Notes under the pieces: generated by a model | Databases searched by the model: none | Seen by the model: the letters and a program-made list of their open reading frames with translations, nothing else | Told to the model about the DNA's origin: nothing | Shown here: positions 54,318 to 56,918 of the stretch, piece after piece | Layout of the letters: every line of letters starts with the position of its first letter | Numbering within the stretch: the first letter of the stretch is position 1 | Program-made: the position numbers and the translations under genes | Origin: Candidatus Kuenenia stuttgartensis | Lineage (GTDB): Bacteria > Planctomycetota > Planctomycetia > Pirellulales > UBA1268 | DNA length: 56,918 nucleotides | NCBI GenBank assembly: GCA_945873085.1 | Contig: CAMCCR010000002.1 | Location: 1-56,918 of the forward strand | Direction: 5' to 3'

Positions 54318-55790
54318 TCAGAAACTCGAAAACTGCTCGAACTCGTCGTACTGGCGGTGTTCGAGGTTTACGAATCGGGTGAAATCGTGCTGCCAGAGGA
54401 GCTTGGCGTCGCCGATCGGGCCGTTTCGCTGCTTGGCGATGATGATTTCCGCCGTCCCCTTCACCCGCTCGCGGTCCTCGTCGTTGGTCGCGTAATACTC
54501 CTCGCGATGAACGAACATCACGAGGTCGGCGTCCTGCTCGATGGCCCCCGATTCGCGGAGATGGTTGAGCCGCGGTCGATTGTCCCGCGACGCTTCCGCC
54601 TGCCGGTTGAGCTGAGCGAGGCAGAGCACCGGGATGTCGAGCTCGCGGGACATCATCTTCAATCGCCTCGCGATCCTTGCCACCTGCTCCTGACGGGGAT
54701 CGCGAGGGTTGTCCGGCTCGATGAGCTGGAGGTAGTCGATGACGATCAGCGACAGCCCGCCACGCCGCTTCTGTCGGCGGGCGACGGCGGCGATCTCGGT
54801 GAGCGTGCGCCCCGGGGTGTCGTCGATGAGGAGCGGAGCGACACTGATTTCCGCCGACTTCTCCACGAGCCTGCGGCGGTCCTCCTTGGAGATCGTTCCA
54901 TTGCGGAGCCGATGGCCGTTGACGCCTGCGACCGAGCAGAGGAGACGGTCGGCCAGCTCCATGGCTGCCATTTCGAGGCTCACGAACAGCACCGGATGGC
55001 GGTTCGTGATCGCCACGTGTTCGGAGATGTTCATCGCCAACGCCGTCTTGCCCATACTCGGCCGGGCCGCCAGGATCACGAGCTCGGAGTTGTGGAGCCC
55101 GCCGCAGAGGGCGTCGAGTTCCGTGAATCCGGTCTCCACGCCGCCGAGCGTCTGCTCGTGCTTCATCCGGGCGTCCATCCGCTCGAGCACCTTGCCGAGC
55201 ACCTCGTTGATCGGGGTGGCGTCGGCGGAGCTACGGTTTTCGAGAATCGTGAAGATCTTCGATTCCGCCCGGGAGAGGAGCTCCTTCGGCTCGTCGGTCG
55301 AATCGTAAGCGTCGCGAAGGATGTCGGTGCCGGCGTCAATCAGCGAGCGGAGCAGCGACTTGTCGCGGACGATCTGCGCGTAGTGCGTCGCATGGGCAGC
55401 GTGAGGCACCGACTGCACGATCTCACCGATGGCGGACACGCCTCCGATCCGTTCGAGGTCTCCCTTCGATCGGAGCCGGTCGAGAACGATCGTGGTGTCG
55501 ATCCGCTTGCCGCCGTCGTGGAGCTCGAGGAGGTGGCGGAAGAGGATTTGGTGGGCTTCGTCGGCGAAATCCTCCGGGCGGAGGACGAGCGCGACGTCGT
55601 CGCAGGCGTCGGGCTTGAGAAAAATGCTGCCGAGCACGCCGCGCTCAGCGGCGAGATCGACGGGGCGCTCGCGGAGGTCGGGCGCCGCGCCTGCCCCGTC
55701 GCCATTGTCGCGGGTGCGACGCCGCCCTCCATCGCGCTGGCGGTCGCGCCCGTCGCCGTTGCCCCCATCGCCACTGCGTCGTGATGCCAC
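54318..55790 (-). CDS. dnaB: replicative DNA helicase
   Basis: N-terminal AAERGVLGSIF, Walker A AARPSMGKTA, Walker B IVIDYLQL and the RecA-like C-terminus. The GTG at 55790 is preceded by GGGAGG 9 nt upstream. The further-upstream ORF part has poor third-position GC. Confidence 0.9.
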   Translation of the reverse strand: MASRRSGDGGNGDGRDRQRDGGRRRTRDNGDGAGAAPDLRERPVDLAAERGVLGSIFLKPDACDDVALVLRPEDFADEAHQILFRHLLELHDGGKRIDTTIVLDRLRSKGDLERIGGVSAIGEIVQSVPHAAHATHYAQIVRDKSLLRSLIDAGTDILRDAYDSTDEPKELLSRAESKIFTILENRSSADATPINEVLGKVLERMDARMKHEQTLGGVETGFTELDALCGGLHNSELVILAARPSMGKTALAMNISEHVAITNRHPVLFVSLEMAAMELADRLLCSVAGVNGHRLRNGTISKEDRRRLVEKSAEISVAPLLIDDTPGRTLTEIAAVARRQKRRGGLSLIVIDYLQLIEPDNPRDPRQEQVARIARRLKMMSRELDIPVLCLAQLNRQAEASRDNRPRLNHLRESGAIEQDADLVMFVHREEYYATNDEDRERVKGTAEIIIAKQRNGPIGDAKLLWQHDFTRFVNLEHRQYDEFEQFSSF

Positions 55791-55925
55791 TTGATCGAGC
55801 CTCCCGCCCCGTTTCGTTCCGTCTGTTGCCCCGGGCCGCACGACGCACCGACGGGCCGTCACGGCCATGCCATCCACTCCGCACTGCTGCACGGGAGCCG
55901 CAACGAAGAGCCGGTACACACGAAC

Positions 55926-55959
55926 ATGGGCAGGGCCGCAATGCTGCAGCCCTGCCCAT
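55926..55959 (-). terminator. strong stem-loop between rplI and dnaB (terminator or attenuator)
   Basis: Perfect 11-bp inverted repeat ATGGGCAGGGC-N12-GCCCTGCCCAT, followed on the minus strand by GTTCGTGTGT. Confidence 0.35.
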
Positions 55960-56022
55960 CGGTTCGTTCAAACACTGCGACCAGGAAGGACAACCGTGTC
56001 CTGGCCGCAGGGAAAGAAGTTG

Positions 56023-56580
56023 TTACTTCGCTGCCGCGTCGCCGCTGGTCGGCACCACCCACACCTTGAGATCCCCTTCGACCTCCGCCGCGAGTCGCAC
56101 GCGAACAGTGTAGAGGCCCACTTCCTTGAGCGGCCCCTGCAGGATGATGTTGTCACTGGAGATGACGAGATCCTGCTGCTTGAGCGCCCGGGCGATCTCG
56201 ACGGAGGTGACTGAGCCGTAGAGGTGGCCTTCGTCGTTGGCGTTGGCCTCGATGGTGACACTCGTGCGAACGAGTTCCTCGAGGAGCGACCGGAGACCTG
56301 CGAGACGCTCACGGGCGATCTCCTCGAGCTTCGCCTTGTGCTTGGCCACCATCCGCTTGTGGTGTTCGGTGGCCACCGTCGCCAGACCCTGCGGCAGCAG
56401 GTAGTTGAAGGCGTAACCACGCTTCACCTCGACAACTTCCCCCTGCTTGCCGAGATGCTCGACGTTGTGCACAAGGAGAAGTTCGATACCACCACGCTGC
56501 CCCTTCGGAAGTTGACCGGTATGGGAGCCGGTCGCATTCACGGACCGAGGGCGGGAGGTGACGGTAGAGGACTGTGACAT
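56023..56580 (-). CDS. rplI: 50S ribosomal protein L9 with a ~30-aa N-terminal extension
   Basis: LLLVHNVEHLGKQGEVVEVKRGYAFNYLLPQGLA matches the L9 N-domain. The gene is adjacent to dnaB, as in many bacteria. Confidence 0.85.
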   Translation of the reverse strand: MSQSSTVTSRPRSVNATGSHTGQLPKGQRGGIELLLVHNVEHLGKQGEVVEVKRGYAFNYLLPQGLATVATEHHKRMVAKHKAKLEEIARERLAGLRSLLEELVRTSVTIEANANDEGHLYGSVTSVEIARALKQQDLVISSDNIILQGPLKEVGLYTVRVRLAAEVEGDLKVWVVPTSGDAAAK

Positions 56581-56662
56581 GATTCGTCTCTTGAAACTGA
56601 GGCTCGGGGAGAAAGGGTTCGGGAAGTGTGGGTCAGTTCGGGGCGGAAAGAGTCGTCGGGAG

Positions 56663-56696
56663 AAAAAAGTCGCCGGTCTCGCGGGGAGTCGGCGAC
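56663..56696 (-). terminator. intrinsic terminator after ssb
   Basis: On the minus strand the sequence reads GTCGCCG-N14-CGGCGAC followed by TTTTTTCT, 31 nt after the ssb stop. An inner CTC/GAG pairing extends the stem. Confidence 0.6.
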
Positions 56697-56727
56697 CACG
56701 ATCGATCAGAGTGTGCCAAAAACCGGT

Positions 56728-56918
56728 TCAGAACGGAATGTCGTCATCGGATCCCCCGTGGGAGACCGCGTCCGGCCCCCGGCCACCGCCGTCGCGGGAG
56801 GGCCCATCATACTCACCGTGAGGCTCACCGTGAGAATAGTCTGAGCCGTCTGCGGATGTCGGCGCCGACTGGCCAACGCCGGCCCGCTTCGGACGCGGAG
56901 CCACTTCCGGGCCCCCTC
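56728..56918 (-). CDS. ssb: single-stranded DNA-binding protein, 3' end only (5' end outside the window)
   Basis: The minus-strand frame ends in ..GGRGPDAVSHGGSDDDIPF-stop, the canonical acidic SSB tail preceded by a Gly-rich linker. It is absent from the ORF track because it has no start codon inside the window. Confidence 0.7.
   Translation of the reverse strand, partial: GGPEVAPRPKRAGVGQSAPTSADGSDYSHGEPHGEYDGPSRDGGGRGPDAVSHGGSDDDIPF

Noticed and set aside
1-56918. A search for tRNA, tmRNA, rRNA, transposase, integrase, toxin-antitoxin genes or known defence genes
   Set aside because: T-loop-like GGTTCGAA or TTCGAA strings occur only inside CDS (for example ~37541 and ~39050) and lack cloverleaf context. 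No intergenic region exceeds ~320 nt. No protein shows DDE, tyrosine or serine recombinase motifs, or Cas, RM or abortive-infection motifs.

Overview
This is a 56.9 kb, roughly 68-70% GC chromosomal segment that is densely coding, with about 43 CDS. Gene content suggests a Planctomycetota-type genome: BBP7-like and DUF1207-like outer-membrane proteins, an orphan secretin, long-form PstC/PstA, P/A-rich secreted proteins and N-terminally extended housekeeping proteins. That placement is inference. Most of the window is core metabolism and information processing. It includes a phosphohexomutase fragment, two divergent glgC paralogs, a C-terminal protease, folC, accD, rpe and a complete pstSCAB-phoU locus. 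It also includes sdhCAB (cytochrome b558 type), a DEAD-box helicase, a family-4 UDG, leuS, a CUT2-type sugar ABC transporter, tsaD, dnaB, rplI and the 3' end of ssb. I found no tRNA, rRNA, CRISPR array, transposase or integrase. Three loci are the least explained. The first is a four-gene co-directional block of uncharacterised proteins (19662-24402). The second is an AMP-ligase / degenerate GH2-like / ThiF-E1-like apparent operon (42961-46722). The third is an orphan secretin next to a PAS-GAF-REC protein that has a kinase-like helical region but no ATPase domain. None of these can be called a new system from sequence alone. Many ORF-track starts are upstream GTG/TTG artefacts, so I trimmed them to the start best supported by an SD sequence, a signal peptide or homolog N-termini. 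The long Arg/Pro/Gly-rich antisense ORFs are high-GC artefacts.
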